DNA from: Octopus sinensis
Taxonomy: Eukaryota
Direction: 5' to 3'
DNA length: 64,000 nt
Assembly: GCF_006345805.1 (NCBI RefSeq)
Contig: NC_043005.1
Span: 35,030,001-35,094,000, forward strand
Part shown: positions 26,022 through 39,256 of the stretch, piece after piece
How positions within the stretch are numbered: the stretch's first letter is position 1
How the letters are laid out: each line of letters starts with the position of its first letter
Made by a program: the position numbers and the translations under genes
The notes under the pieces: generated by a model
Seen by the model: only the letters and a program-made list of their open reading frames with translations
What the model was told of the DNA's origin: nothing
The model's database searches: none

Positions 26022-26053
26022 TATTGATCCATTTTTGTTGCTTTTTTTCTTAT

Positions 26054-26109
<56 letters not shown>

Positions 26110-26218
26110 TGTTTGTTTTTATGTTGTTATAATAAAGACAGTTTTACATTAGTCTGATGGGTTACTGTATGCTTTTGTAGAGTGCAAATTTATTATTCTT
26201 ATACAAGAATTTTGTTGA

Positions 26219-26261
26219 CAGTTACTTCAAAGTTTCATCCAGTTAAGCCATCATCAGACTA
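26219..26261 (-). ncRNA. Hammerhead-like motif, helix II decayed
   Basis: tagt CTGATGA tggcttaactggat GAAA ctttgaag TA actg. Confidence 0.55.
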
Positions 26262-26659
26262 TTCTGTTCTTACACGAGGCACAGGAGTGGCTGTGTGGTA
26301 AGTAGCTTGTTTACCAACCACATGGTTCTGGGTTTAGTCCCACTGCGTGGCACCTTGGGCAAGTGTCTTCTACTATAGCCTCGGGCTGACGGAAACTGAA
26401 AGAAGCCCGTCGTATATATGTATATATATATATGCGTGTGTGTGTTTGTGTGTCTGTGTTTGTCTCCCTAGCATTGCTTGACAACAGATGCTGGTATGTT
26501 TATGTCCCAGTTACTTAGCAGTTCAGCAAAAGAGACCGATAGAATAAGTACTGGGCTTACAAAAGAATAAGTCCTGGGGTCAAGTTGCTCGATTAAAGGT
26601 GGTGCTCCAGCATGGCAGCAGTCAAATGACTGAAACAAGTAAAAAAGTGAAAGAGAGTG

Positions 26660-27841
26660 CTTTTGTAACATTAACTGATAAACAGGAAAAAAATGCAGCA
26701 TCATCCAATACATTTCTCTATGAAAAACATACCAATACCCACGAAAAAAGTTACCTGAAAACTCTACAACACAAAGACAGAAAACTTTATAAAAATACTC
26801 AGGTGGAAAATTTACCATTATGAAAAAGACCAAAAAGAGAAATAGCGAACCAACAAATATGGATTTAAGGCAGTCAAATGTCAGCCTCCCAGCTCATTTG
26901 AAGATGACTTATTTGCACTGACTATGCAAATAAAATTCACCAAACAAACCAATAAATTGCAGAAAGAATTGAAACAGAAATCAACCACAAAAAAACCTCC
27001 CAAAACAAACAAACCCAAATCTATTTGTAAAATTGGACAAGACAAACAACTTCTACCAGATAAGTAGAATCTCTTATACCTGCATTCTTTGTAACATAAT
27101 CTCCAACGCATACAAAAAAAACAACAATAAAATATGCTGCTTTAAATAAAATAAACACCACAGCCAAAGAAATATTGAAATATCCACTAAACTTAAAATA
27201 GACAATAGAGTAGATACATTAACACCAAAATGCTCATATATAATGATGAAAGACTGCAAACCAAACTTCAATAGCAACAAAAAAAAAACCATAGACTAAT
27301 TCTCATCAAGAATAAAAATAAAATTAATATTACCTCTATGTAATAACACTTATGAAGTAATAGATTGGTTCAACAAAATCCTGAACAAAAATGGAAGCCA
27401 CTTCTTCCAGTTCAACTTAAAAGACTATTATGTGTTAAAAACAAAACCTTTCATTATAGCTGCTTTGAACTTCACAATAAACACCAAAATAGAAACAATA
27501 ATGCAAGCAAGAAAATTACTCCTCTTCCACAACAATGCTTGCTGGATTAAGAAAAACATTAAAGAACCACTTGATGTAAGCATGGGCTCAAAGGACTCAG
27601 CAGAGATAAGTGACACCATGGGTCTTGAGATGTTAGAAAAATTACGCAAAAATTTCCATACATCTCAGGTGGCCAATAGAGGGATTATGGATTACTCCTA
27701 CAAAGAAAATTCAATCCACAAAAAACTGATAAATCTACATCACCTCTTCAAAACATTGGGTTTCTCAATCACAGTAGAAACACAAAATCCAGGTCATGTG
27801 CCTATAGTAGAAAGGATTATTATGATTATAATTATTATTGT

Positions 27842-27879
<38 letters not shown>

Positions 27880-28700
27880 TTATTATTATTATTATTATAT
27901 AGAGATTAATATTATTATTATTATATAGAGATTATTATTATTATTATTATTAAATTATATCATATTTTAATTTTCATTTTCATACATGAATCATCATCAT
28001 CATCATCATCATCATTTAGCGTCCGTTTTCCATGCTAGCATGGGTTATATATAGATATTGATAAATAAAATTTATTTCTCACCAGATGGAGTATTTTTTT
28101 AGTGAACTTACCATCATGGAACAGTACATTATATATATATTTGTATATATCCACACACCCTCTATATCAGCCCCACTTTAGCAACTATCTATAATAGAAT
28201 TGGATGAAATTTTATAAACAAACACCAAAGAAACTCTATCTCCAGAAAGCAGGAAGTTTAAAATCTCTATATATCAATTAGATTGCTTATAGAACAATGA
28301 ACACCTGGAGAGAGAAACATAAGCATACAACCTCTACACAAATACTTTTATGAAAACCAAAGCACAAGAGAAACAATTGTCTATACTAAAATAGCCATGA
28401 CAAGCCTGACCCTAACAGATGAAAACAATAAATACCTTATATAACTACAAATAAAAATATGACCAACCTAAACTCACCACATACCTACATTCTTTTGCGA
28501 ATAATAGTTGACATACTCAATTACTTAGTGATTAAATACTGGACTTTTGTACCTTTGACTTTTGTACCTTTGATCTTTGACCAAAGCAAAAGGATTAAAT
28601 CCAATAATACCAAAAGCAACAAAAATACTGTCAAGCCTTGTGCCTACCTAACAAAAGAGAAACACCAAAGTTCTACATGCATAAATAAATTCTAAAGGAA
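26660..28700 (+). mobile_element. Decayed Penelope-like retroelement (RT and endonuclease remnants)
   Basis: ORF 27432-27902 has IMQARKLLLFHNNACWIKK...LDVSMGSKDSAEISDTMGL, like the PLE RT motif FDVTMGSxDGAE. It is preceded by FQFNLKDYY. Many stops and frameshifts; interrupted by microsatellites. Confidence 0.7.
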
Positions 28701-28986
28701 TATATAACTAACTTCAATTCATCACAGGGATTCAAGGGGCCACAGTTATTTTATGCCTTGCCAAAACAGCTGAGGGATCTTTATGAGTATGAGTAGATGT
28801 TTTCAAGACACAATTTGATTTCCTGAACCTATATCACAGTAAGAAACTCAAAAGAGGGCAGAAGTGTTGAACTCCCTCCTTCATCAAAAGCCAATCACAT
28901 AAGAATGGCCATTGAAAAGGTTATTACACTGGCAGTGCTCCAGCATGGCCACAGCCTTTGGGTTGAAACATATAATAAAAGAATAT

Positions 28987-29017
<31 letters not shown>

Positions 29018-29167
29018 CAAAAACCAATAAAGATTCAAGTTAATTTAAATGAATTTACTTGAATATGGTACCTAACTTAGATGCACCAAAAAAAAACTAT
29101 ACTGTTTTAACAATACAGTAATGTGGGGTGATTATAAGCGAGAAAGAAGCAACAAGAATGGATAGGT

Positions 29168-29252
29168 TTTTAGTACAATCGTTTCATACAAGGACAGGCT
29201 TTATTAAAAAAAATTACAGCATATAAACGTGTCCCGTACTCATCAGCTAAAA
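29168..29252 (-). ncRNA. Type I hammerhead ribozyme (left arm of palindrome B)
   Basis: Reverse complement of the copy at 29911-30001, with a small deletion in the helix II loop only. Confidence 0.8.
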
Positions 29253-29910
29253 TACATGTGAGTTCTCTAGACATCCTAGTGGTTGAGGCTATACTCATGA
29301 AGTAATGTAGATAATTAAGTAACATAAACAGATTTCCAAAGTTCATTAAAGTTCTTTAAAGATGATGTACAGTCTTATCACAGAATTTTAAAAAAGTTCT
29401 AATAGCATCACAGAGAAGGTGACCTAATCCATAGAGCACATATGAATTTCCAGAGATATGATGAGGGATTACATACTCACAGAAGACAAATTTATCCATT
29501 GTTAATCACAACGAGGTGGGTCTCAATTCCTGCTTATTAGCATTACAGAGAGGTTGAATTAATCCTTTGTATAGATGCACAAATTGTGCATCTATACAAG
29601 GATTAATTCAACCTCTCTGTAATGCTAATAAGCAGGAATTGAGACCCACCTCGTTGTGATTAACAATGGATAAATTTGTCTTCTGTGAGTATGTAATCCC
29701 TCATCATATCTCTGGAAATTCATATGTGCTCTATGGATTAGGTCACCTTCTCTGTGATGCTATTAGAACTTTTTAAATTCTGTGATAAGACTGTACATCA
29801 TCTTTAAAGAACTTTAATGAACTTTGGAAATCTGTTTATGTTACTTAATTATCTACATTACTTCATGAGTATAGCCTCAACCACTAGGATGTCTAGAGAA
29901 CTCACATGTA

Positions 29911-30001
29911 TTTTAGCTGATGAGTACGGGACACGTTTATATGCTGTAATTTTTACAACTTTTAATAAAGCCTGTCCTTGTATGAAACGATTGTACTAAA
30001 A
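29911..30001 (+). ncRNA. Type I hammerhead ribozyme (right arm of palindrome B)
   Basis: ttttag CTGATGA gtacgggac...gtccttgtat GAAA c gatt g TA ctaaaa; predicted cleavage after A29995. Confidence 0.83.
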
Positions 30002-30779
30002 ACCTATCCATTCTTGTTGCTTCTTTCTCGCGTATATATATATATATATATATAGTATGTATTGAGGTGTGAGGTCAACACTGTTAAACAATGAATAATT
30101 AAACCAAATATAGGAAAACTGAATACTCAAATTTGTAAAGAATTAAAAAAAAAATTTTAATTAGACAGTAGTAGTAGCCACAGCAGCAACAGCAAGAACA
30201 ACACCAAAGAATGCAAAATAGTCACATAGGATAATTAATTACATAGGGCAAGTTACCTGGTTTCCATAGCATATTAATGACTGAGATAACAACATCCTTC
30301 TTGAATGGGATGTCAAACTGTTCCAAGGTTACTCATTTACAGTTGAGAGGTGTGGAGTAATGTGAAATGAAGTGTTTTGCTCAAGATCATATTGCACTGC
30401 TTGTGTCAAGAACTGAAACCATGAGCTTGCAATTATGAGTGCAACAGACTAACCACTACACCAAGACATATCCAGGTATATATATTTTTTATTGCTCTGT
30501 CACCAGTTACATGGTTGACTATCAATACAAATGAATAGATAATGAAACTGAACTATTGGGAAATATTAATTTTCTCCTATAAATTTACATATTGATTTTT
30601 TTTCTGTAGATTTGAAAAGCTGATTGTGGTTTTCACCCAAAATAAAATAATACAAAAATCAATGAGGGACAGATACCCAGTTGCTCAACCTGCTAGAGAT
30701 CGCAACCAAATCTCCTTGAAATCACACTCTACTGTTTTAAAATTTGAAGGACACATTAAGCAATCTAGTTATCAATACT

Positions 30780-31290
30780 TTTTGGTTTTATTTGTTGAGT
30801 TAGGAGGAATGGGCAGCTTCCACGACTTTTGTAGGTCCTCCAAGAGTGGAGAGGTTGATACTGCTCATGTCACACTTAAAATCTTGAAGGTTAATCTGTG
30901 TGAAAGATATGAGCAGAGAGAAGATTAGAGAGGTCCCATGTTCAGGGACTGAAGGACTAGCAATAGGGGTTAGTGTGGGAAATGAGAGTGGGGTTGCAGA
31001 GATGAGTGGGGGAAGGGTGCCTTATTAGTGGATGTACATGTCCATCTAGCTCTAAGGAACAGAGGTCATAATAATAGTGATAGAAAAGATGGAGAGAGTG
31101 GAGGTAACATACCTTTGGGCCAGCAATTAGAATGTGTCCAGTAGTGATTTAATGCCAATCAGTCAAGGACTCTTCTCTTGAAGTGGTCCAGGATATCGGT
31201 GTGTGTGTAACAGCGACACTATTCCAGCGGTGGGGGCGTTAAAGCTACAGTATGAGCCTGACTTGAGCTTTGTAGGGAGTCAGTAATTGC
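30780..31290 (-). mobile_element. Old LINE RT 3' fragment (CR1/L2/Jockey-like)
   Basis: Minus strand YKAQVRLIL..HxWNS..LD..KR pattern; heavily decayed. Confidence 0.5.
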
Positions 31291-31492
31291 TGACAAAAGA
31301 TGGGATAGTCATGGCTGGAATTCCTTTGATTATTGGTCAACTCAGTCAGAGATAATTTGGGGTTAAACAACAGCAACAACAACAACAAATGCAACAAAGA
31401 TCAAACATGGACATCATATAATACAAAGGACATACTCATCACCAGACATTTCTCATCCTTCAACATTCTCTGATGCCCTGATTTATATGACA

Positions 31493-31524
<32 letters not shown>

Positions 31525-31527
31525 TTC

Positions 31528-31997
31528 TGAGTGAGAGAGCAGTGCATGCCATCAAAGTGACATGGGTACAAAATATATGATGCCCATTATACCCGTCATG
31601 ACTGCTCACCTGATAAGGGCACAGCAGACACATGCATCACAACCATGAGTATGTGACATGGTGATCTCATATGAAGATAAATAGTGCATGACCTTACAGG
31701 TGGTGCCCAGTTAGAATTTTCTTCAGGTTGAGTAGCCCATCCTGCTCAAAAGGTTCCTGAATAAGGTTTGTTTAAGGATGATGAACAAAACACCCATGTT
31801 TCTGGAAATGAATTATCCAAATCCTTAAAAATTCCTCACAACACATGGAACTGGTCAAGGTCAAGCAACTGTCAAGCAAATCTGTAGAATTGAGCAGAAT
31901 ATTTGTTGTAGCTTTTACACCAAGACAAAACATGTACATGATAACACTTCCAATCAGTTCAGGTCAGAAGCCATGACAACTGTGCATCGGGGCATTT
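31528..31997 (-). mobile_element. Non-coding repeat inserted in (TTA)n, probably a non-autonomous R4/Dong derivative
   Basis: Copies at 15170-15544 plus 16217-16372, 16949-17190 and, reversed, 55285-55400. Confidence 0.6.
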
Positions 31998-32014
31998 ATT
32001 ATTATCATTATTAT

Positions 32015-33998
32015 TCAGTAGTTTTATTTCTATAGTGTGTTTTCACTTCACTACTTACTGCAGCCATGTGTGTTTTGGGTATGTGCTGTGGTTTGCTGTG
32101 ATGCTCTTATGGTTACTGTATTGAAAGTGTTTTGTGTAGGATGTGTGCAGTGCCTAGTAATGCAATTTTCTGTATGTTACATGTATTTGTAAGTCCTGGT
32201 GTTTTTGTTATGTATTTGTCTGAACATTTTTTTTATCATACCTAATGTGCCTACTATGATAGGAATTGTTTCTGTTTTTAGATTCCACATTCTGGTTACC
32301 TCTATTTCCAGGTCTTTGTATTTTGAAAGTTTCTCCATTTCTTTTAGAGACACGTTGTCATCTGCTGGTATTGATTTATCAATTAGAAAGCATTTTTTTT
32401 CTTCATAATCTTTGACAACTATATCTAGTCTGTTGGCCTTAATTTCTCTATCTGTGTGTATTGGCATATCCCAGAGTATGGTTGCTTTCTCGTTTTCTGT
32501 GACCTTTTCTGGAGTGTGCCTATATAATCTTTTTCTGTTGTTCCATAGTGTTGGCACAGCTTCCAGTTTATGTAGGTCCCAACACTGTCATGTCTGTGAA
32601 TATATTCCTTCTTATCCAGGACTGGGCAGCCAGAGATAATATGATTTATTGTTTCTTGTCCATCCCCACATATTCTGCAGTTACTTGTTATGGTTATTTT
32701 CATTATATGTTTTTGGTAATTTCTGGAGGTGAGGCTTTGGTCTTGTGCTACAATTAAAAATTCTTCAGTCTCTGCTTTGAGTCCTGAGCTTCTCAACCAT
32801 TGCTGGGATTTTTCTGTGTCTATTTCTTTTGCATTTAGTTTAGCTCGGTATTTGTCATGAAGGGACTTTTCTTGCTATCGTTTTATCATGGTCAGTTGCC
32901 GTTCTAGTTTTAGTTTGGATTTCATTTGTTTTATAGCTTTTGTTGTTTCTTCTTCTTCATATTTGTTAGGTAGTATTTCTTGTTTGTATTTGTCAGCTTC
33001 CTTAAATACTGAAAACAGATTTTTGTTTTGCTTGTGTTTTGTGGCTATTTGTATTAGTTTTCCTCGCTTCTGAAGTAGGTATTTCTGCAGTCCTATGGTG
33101 GTTATTTTATAATAGTTTTCCAGCTGTATAAGGCCTCTACCACCTTCTATACGTTGTATATATAGCCTTTCTATGTCAGATTTTGGGTGGTGCATCCTAG
33201 ATCCTGTCATTATTTTTCTTGTTTTCCTGTCTAGTTTGGTTAGCTCATTTAGTGTCCAGTTGAGGATATTATAGCTGTAACTTATAACAGGGACGGCTAA
33301 AGTGTTAGTACCTATTATCTTGTTTTTAGCATTGAGCGCTATTTTCAGTATTGATCTAATTTGTCTATAGTATTCTTTCTTTACTTTCTCTTTCATTTGT
33401 GTGTGCTGTATCATATCTAGTTCATTGATTCCTAGATATTTGTATGTCTGGCTCTGGTCTAATTCTCCTATTTCATTGGTTTTATCTAGTGTGATGTTGC
33501 TACTCTTAACTAGTTTTCCTCTTTTCAGGGTTGCTTTGGCACATTTTTCTAATCCAAATTTCATATCCATTTCTTTGGTAAACCTATGTACTGTCTGTAG
33601 TAGTGCTTCCAACTGTTTATCATTTGTAGTGTATAGTTTTAGGTCATTCATATATAAAAGGTGGCTGATTGTTTTACTGCAACATTTGTATCCACATCCA
33701 GTTCTGTTTAGCATGTCAGATAAAGGTGTCAGTGCCAAACAGAAAAGGAGTGGAGAGAGCATGTCTCCCTGGAATATTCCTCTTCTAATGGGGATGGCTT
33801 TGGTTTTCACGAGTCCCTCTTTTGTTTGGAGCTGTAGCACTGTCTGCCATTTATTCATAGAGTGTCTTATATATTTTATAATTATTGGTGCTACCTTGTT
33901 GATTGCTAGTGTTTCAAGGATCCACACGTGAGGAATACTATCAAAAGCCTTTCAGTAGTTGATCCAGGCCATACAGAGACCTTTCCTCTTTCTGTAGC
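32015..33998 (-). mobile_element. R4/Dong-clade non-LTR retrotransposon, 5'-truncated
   Basis: RT motifs GIFQGDMLSPLLF and HLLYMNDLKLY, CCHC finger CRICGDGQETINHIISGC, restriction-like endonuclease RLDIV..LID..KLSKY; frameshifted; (TTA)n at both ends. Confidence 0.88.
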
Positions 33999-34654
33999 TT
34001 ATTATTATTGTTGTTGTTGTTGTTATTATTATTATTATTTAGATACTGTCAGAAAGGAAACATAATTCCTTGTAAAAAAACCTGACTTGTTAATGTTTCA
34101 GTTTAAGCCAGCCTGATCAAAAGTGGTCCATTCATGACTTCCCCATCTTGTGCTTGTAGGTCTAGTGTAATGTATGACTACATTATCCAGTGGATCCTTC
34201 CCTAAAATGGTAGGGTGTGCTTTAGGGAAGATTCAGGGCTGGTTGTCAGGTAATGAGACAGATTTGTTAAAATTGAGCCCCATGCCAAGAGAGGGCCCCA
34301 AACACATTTGAGCACAGGTCACTGATGAATTTTTAGAAGGTCCTTGTGGCTGATGATGGAACATCAATGCTTTTTAGCTGGGACTGGCATACTACATGAA
34401 GCATGAAACAATCTTCAGCTGTTGTAGAATAGAGGGCCCCATTAACAATTCTCTAATTGGGACCCACACTTTCTAATGCTGGCCCTACTTCTACTGAGTC
34501 AGGACACCCTGTTCAACTCTTCTTTGAGAAAATTCATTGCTTCTAGCTGACGCTAGGTTGTTTCTTTTAGATTAACAATTCCTTTGGGAAAGGCATAAAT
34601 ACATCTTCATTGATGTTCAAGATGTCTAATTATGCAAAATAGAATTGTTATGAA

Positions 34655-35235
<581 letters not shown>

Positions 35236-36154
35236 TTTATGAGCCCTAATAATCGCTAGTGCACTTTGTTAAACTTGCTTTAGACTTTTCGTGTCTCAAA
35301 GGTTTCAAGTTCAATTCCAGCATGCACCACTATAGATTGATGATTTTGTATGAGAAAGAAACGAACAAGTTAATTAGTATTAATTAACAACACTTTTATT
35401 ACTTTAAGTTAAACTACAAACAGAACTGTCAGAAATTCTATAAAACAATGTTGGAAAAAAGAAGATATAGTCAAAGAATACAGGGATAGACTTTGTTTTT
35501 GATTTTTTTACAAGAGATTATAAACAGTTATTTGTTTTATTTTTATTTATAATTTCATGGAAAAAGAAAATTCAGTTTCTGACCCTGAATACTTTGTTAT
35601 TTTGTTACCACCCAATTTAAAGCTTCATGAATCAGAGTCAAAATTCTTTTCCATTAAAAAAAAAAAAAAAAAAAAAAGTTTTAAGAAGGTAAGGGGAAAA
35701 CTCATATCCTGGGTAGAAGTCAAATCTACATCAGATTAACAGTCATCATAGTCTTATGCCTTGCCTGTTTCCCAAGCTTGTAATTTTTTCAAAATTTTAT
35801 CAGATGTATGATAAAATCACAACTTGGTCATCACATCTCATTTCAAGTCTTTTGATTTATTTCTTATCTATTTAGTCTTTAAAACTAATTCTTCGAAATA
35901 GGTGTTTCCAGTTCTTAATATTAATGTTATAAAACTGTGACAATAAGTCGCCATTAGAATAAGTTTTTCATTAAACATAGCAGAAATTTTCTGTGAACTG
36001 GTCTACTGTCACTATTGTCAGGTTTCAAAAAAAAAAGAAGGTTTTCTAGTCTTCCAGAATAAAATAAAAATCCCGGATTCTCCCTACCCCACTTCTTTAT
36101 TGGATAATTTAAGAACTAATGGAAAAAATTGATATAAGCATAAAGTAATTGTTT

Positions 36155-37380
36155 CTAATTTAGGCACAAAGCCAGCAATTTTGAGGGGAAAAGCTTGTTG
36201 ATTGTAGTGACACCAGTATTTGACATTATTTTATCAGCCCCACAAGGATGAAAAGCAAAGTTGACATCAGCAGGATTTGAACTCAGAATGAAAACTGCCA
36301 GAACAAATATTGCATGCCAACGTGCTACATTCATAATAATAATAATGATAATAATGATGGTTTCAAATTTTGGCACAAGGCCAGCAATTTCGGGGGCAGG
36401 TCTACATTGATTAGATCAACCCCAGTGCTCAACTGGTACTTAGTTTATCGTCCCCAGTGGCATTTGAACCCAGAACATAATGATGGGCAAAATACTACTA
36501 TGGGGGAGGGGACTAGTTGATTACATCGACCCCAGTGTTTCAATGGTACTTAATTTATTGACCCTGAAAGGATGAAAGGCAAAAATCAACTTGGTGGAAT
36601 TTGAACTGAGAACATAAAGATGGGCAAAATACCGCTAAGCCTTTTGCCTGGATTGCTAACAATTCTTCCAGCTTGCCACCTTAATAATAATAATAATCAT
36701 CATCCTTTCTACTAAAGGTATAAACCCAGAAATTTTTTTTGTGGGTAGGGGACCAGTCAATTATGTTGACCTCAGTGTTTGTATCACAGTTACTTAATTT
36801 ATCAACTCTGAAAGGATGAAAGGCAAAGTTGACTTTGGCAGAATTTGAACTCAGAACGTTTAGACGGAAGAAATACCGCCAAGTATTTTGTCTGGTGCAA
36901 TAATGATTCTGTCAGCTTGCCACCTTAATAATAAGAATCCTTTCTACTATAGGCACAAGGCCTGAAATTTGGGAGGAGGGGTTAAGCCGATTACATTGAC
37001 TTCAGTACGCAACTGGTACTTAATTTATCGACCCTAAAAGGATGAAAGGCAAAGTCGATCTCATGAATTTGAACTCAGAACATAGTGACAGACGAAATAT
37101 TGCTATGTATTTCGCCCGGCGTGCTAATGATTCTGCCAGCTCGCCACCTTAGTATAATAATAATCCTTTCTACTGAAGGTACAAGACCTTGAAATTTTGG
37201 AGGAGGGACTAGTCTCTTACATAAAGCTCAGTGTTTCACTGGTACTTAATTTATCGACCCCAATAGGATGAAAGGCAAAGTCCACCTCGGCGGAATTTGA
37301 ACTCTGAACGTAGCGACGGGTGAAATACTTCTAAGCATTTCGTCCAGCGTGCTAACGATTCTGCCAACTCATCGCCTTAA
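36155..37380 (-). mobile_element. Head-to-tail cluster of about 6 copies of the same SINE
   Basis: Repeated aaaggatgaaaggcaaagtcgac..gaatttgaactcagaac units with (TAA)n spacers. Confidence 0.82.
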
Positions 37381-38289
37381 TGATAATAACAATAATAAAT
37401 AGAAATGTTTTTAAAATTCTAAAGAGTATTGTCCCCTATTACAAAATTTCTGCTTTAGATTTTTTTAGAGGTTACGTTTCTCCCATAAATTGGTTCTAGA
37501 AAGACTAATAGACAGAATCATCGACTGCAACTTACTGATATGAATAAGGCCCTTGAAAGTTAGTAACACTTTTCTGGGATACTACAAGAATCACAATTGG
37601 AGCTGATGATAACATAAAATAAATATTCGTCGATGAACTATAAATATCTTTTACATTTAAATAATAGAAAATATTCACAAGACGTAGAAAATCGTGATAA
37701 TGAAAATATATTGATGAGTTAGTTCCCTTAGATAGCACGGGTTATTTCCCTTGAAATTTCGAGTTTCCTGAATTATTCTCGTTCTATATCTTCTAAAAAT
37801 ATTAATTTTGGCTTCAATTGAAGAACATTTGGGTAGAAGAAATGGAAGATTGTTGACAGTGAAACGATGAGAATCTTTGCAATTTTCTTTAATAAGAAAC
37901 TGTTGTAAAAATAAATTAATTACAAATATGTCAAAAACTGCCCTTTTCATGGTTTTAAAAAAGAGGAAATCATGTGTGTGTATATATATATATATATGTT
38001 TCCAGGTGATGTCCAATGGATATATATATATATATATGGAAGACTGCAAGTAACAATAAGTGACCATAAGCATGTATATCATGCTCTAGTTAATAATTAT
38101 TTTCGAGTAACATATACCACTCGACTTTCATTAAGTATAAAAGTAATGAAGACCGCCGTATAAAGTCCTAGATACCGAGGTGAAAAATGTGGTAATATCA
38201 GGTACTGAGCATGAGTACATATATATATATTGTGTGTGTGTGTAAAACAGGGAAAATAGTCTTTTGTAAGGCAGATGCACAGGTACAAT

Positions 38290-39222
38290 AAACACTAGAA
38301 ATATACAGAAAATAGACTTCATCAAATGCCAGGGAAGATACCTAGAAGTAGTTGATAGCTTTCATAATCTAGATGACCAAGTCAGCAGTGGTGGGGGATG
38401 CTCTGAGAGCATAGTTGCTAGAGTAAGAATAGGTTGGGCAAAGTTCAGAGAGTTTCTACCTTTGTTGGCAACAAAAAGCCTCTTCCTCAGCGTGAAAGGC
38501 AGATTGCATTATGCCTGTGTGTGAAGAGAAATGCTACATGGCAGTGAAACAAGGGCTGTGATGGCAGAGGACATGCAAAAGCTTGAAAGAAACGAATCTA
38601 GTACACTCCATTAAATGTGCAATGTCAGTGTGAATCTACAGCTGAGTGTTAATGTTTCAAGAGAAAAATTGGGCATAAGAGGCCTCATATATGGTGTGCA
38701 AGAGCAATGAGACCAACCCATATCTCCCAGATCTAGCATATGGCATCATTGCATCAATGAGAGATAGCTGAGAGGTTTGTTATGATTGTATGGTCATGTG
38801 ATGCATAAGAATGAGGACAGCTGCATACAGAAGTGCTGATCTCTAACTGTGGGGGAACCTTAGAAGAGATAGACCCAGGAAGACATGAAACGAGGTGGTG
38901 AAGCATGATCTTTGAATGTGGGGTCTCATGGAGGCGATGACAAGTGATCATGTCCTTTGGTGATTTGCTGTGTTAGAGACTTGTCAAGCCAAGTGAAATC
39001 ATAGTTGTGGTTGGTGCTGGTGACATGTAAAAGCACTCATACCAGTGACATGCAAAAAGGCACCCACTACACTCCTGGAGTGGTTGGTGTTAGGAAGAAC
39101 ATCCAGCTGTAGGAATCAAGCCAAAATCAGACTGGAACTTGGTGCAGCTCTCTGGCATACCAGTTCCAGTCAAGCTGTCTAACCCATGCCAGCATGGAAA
39201 GCAGGTGTTAAATAATGATAAT

Positions 39223-39225
<3 letters not shown>
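38290..39225 (+). mobile_element. RTE-clade LINE 3' fragment (same family)
   Basis: Nucleotide similarity to 4600-5160; ends in the acccatgccagcatggaaagc..ttaaa(tga)n tail. Confidence 0.78.

Positions 39226-39256
<31 letters not shown>

Larger units (their letters stand above)
25541..26051. mobile_element. PLE-type fold-back element A (arms 25662-25855 and 25857-26051, plus a one-sided tail)
   Basis: Near-perfect inverted repeat with a 1-nt spacer, an HHR in each arm, (TA)n on both flanks. Confidence 0.85.
29018..30031. mobile_element. PLE-type fold-back element B (arms 29138-29582 and 29584-30031, plus a one-sided tail)
   Basis: About 445 bp near-perfect arms with a 1-nt spacer; outer part and tail are homologous to element A; (TA)n flanks. 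Confidence 0.85.

Noticed and set aside
37440-38220. ORFs of 63-135 aa in non-microsatellite sequence
   Set aside because: No recognisable motif or splice context; probably a decayed transposon that I cannot classify.
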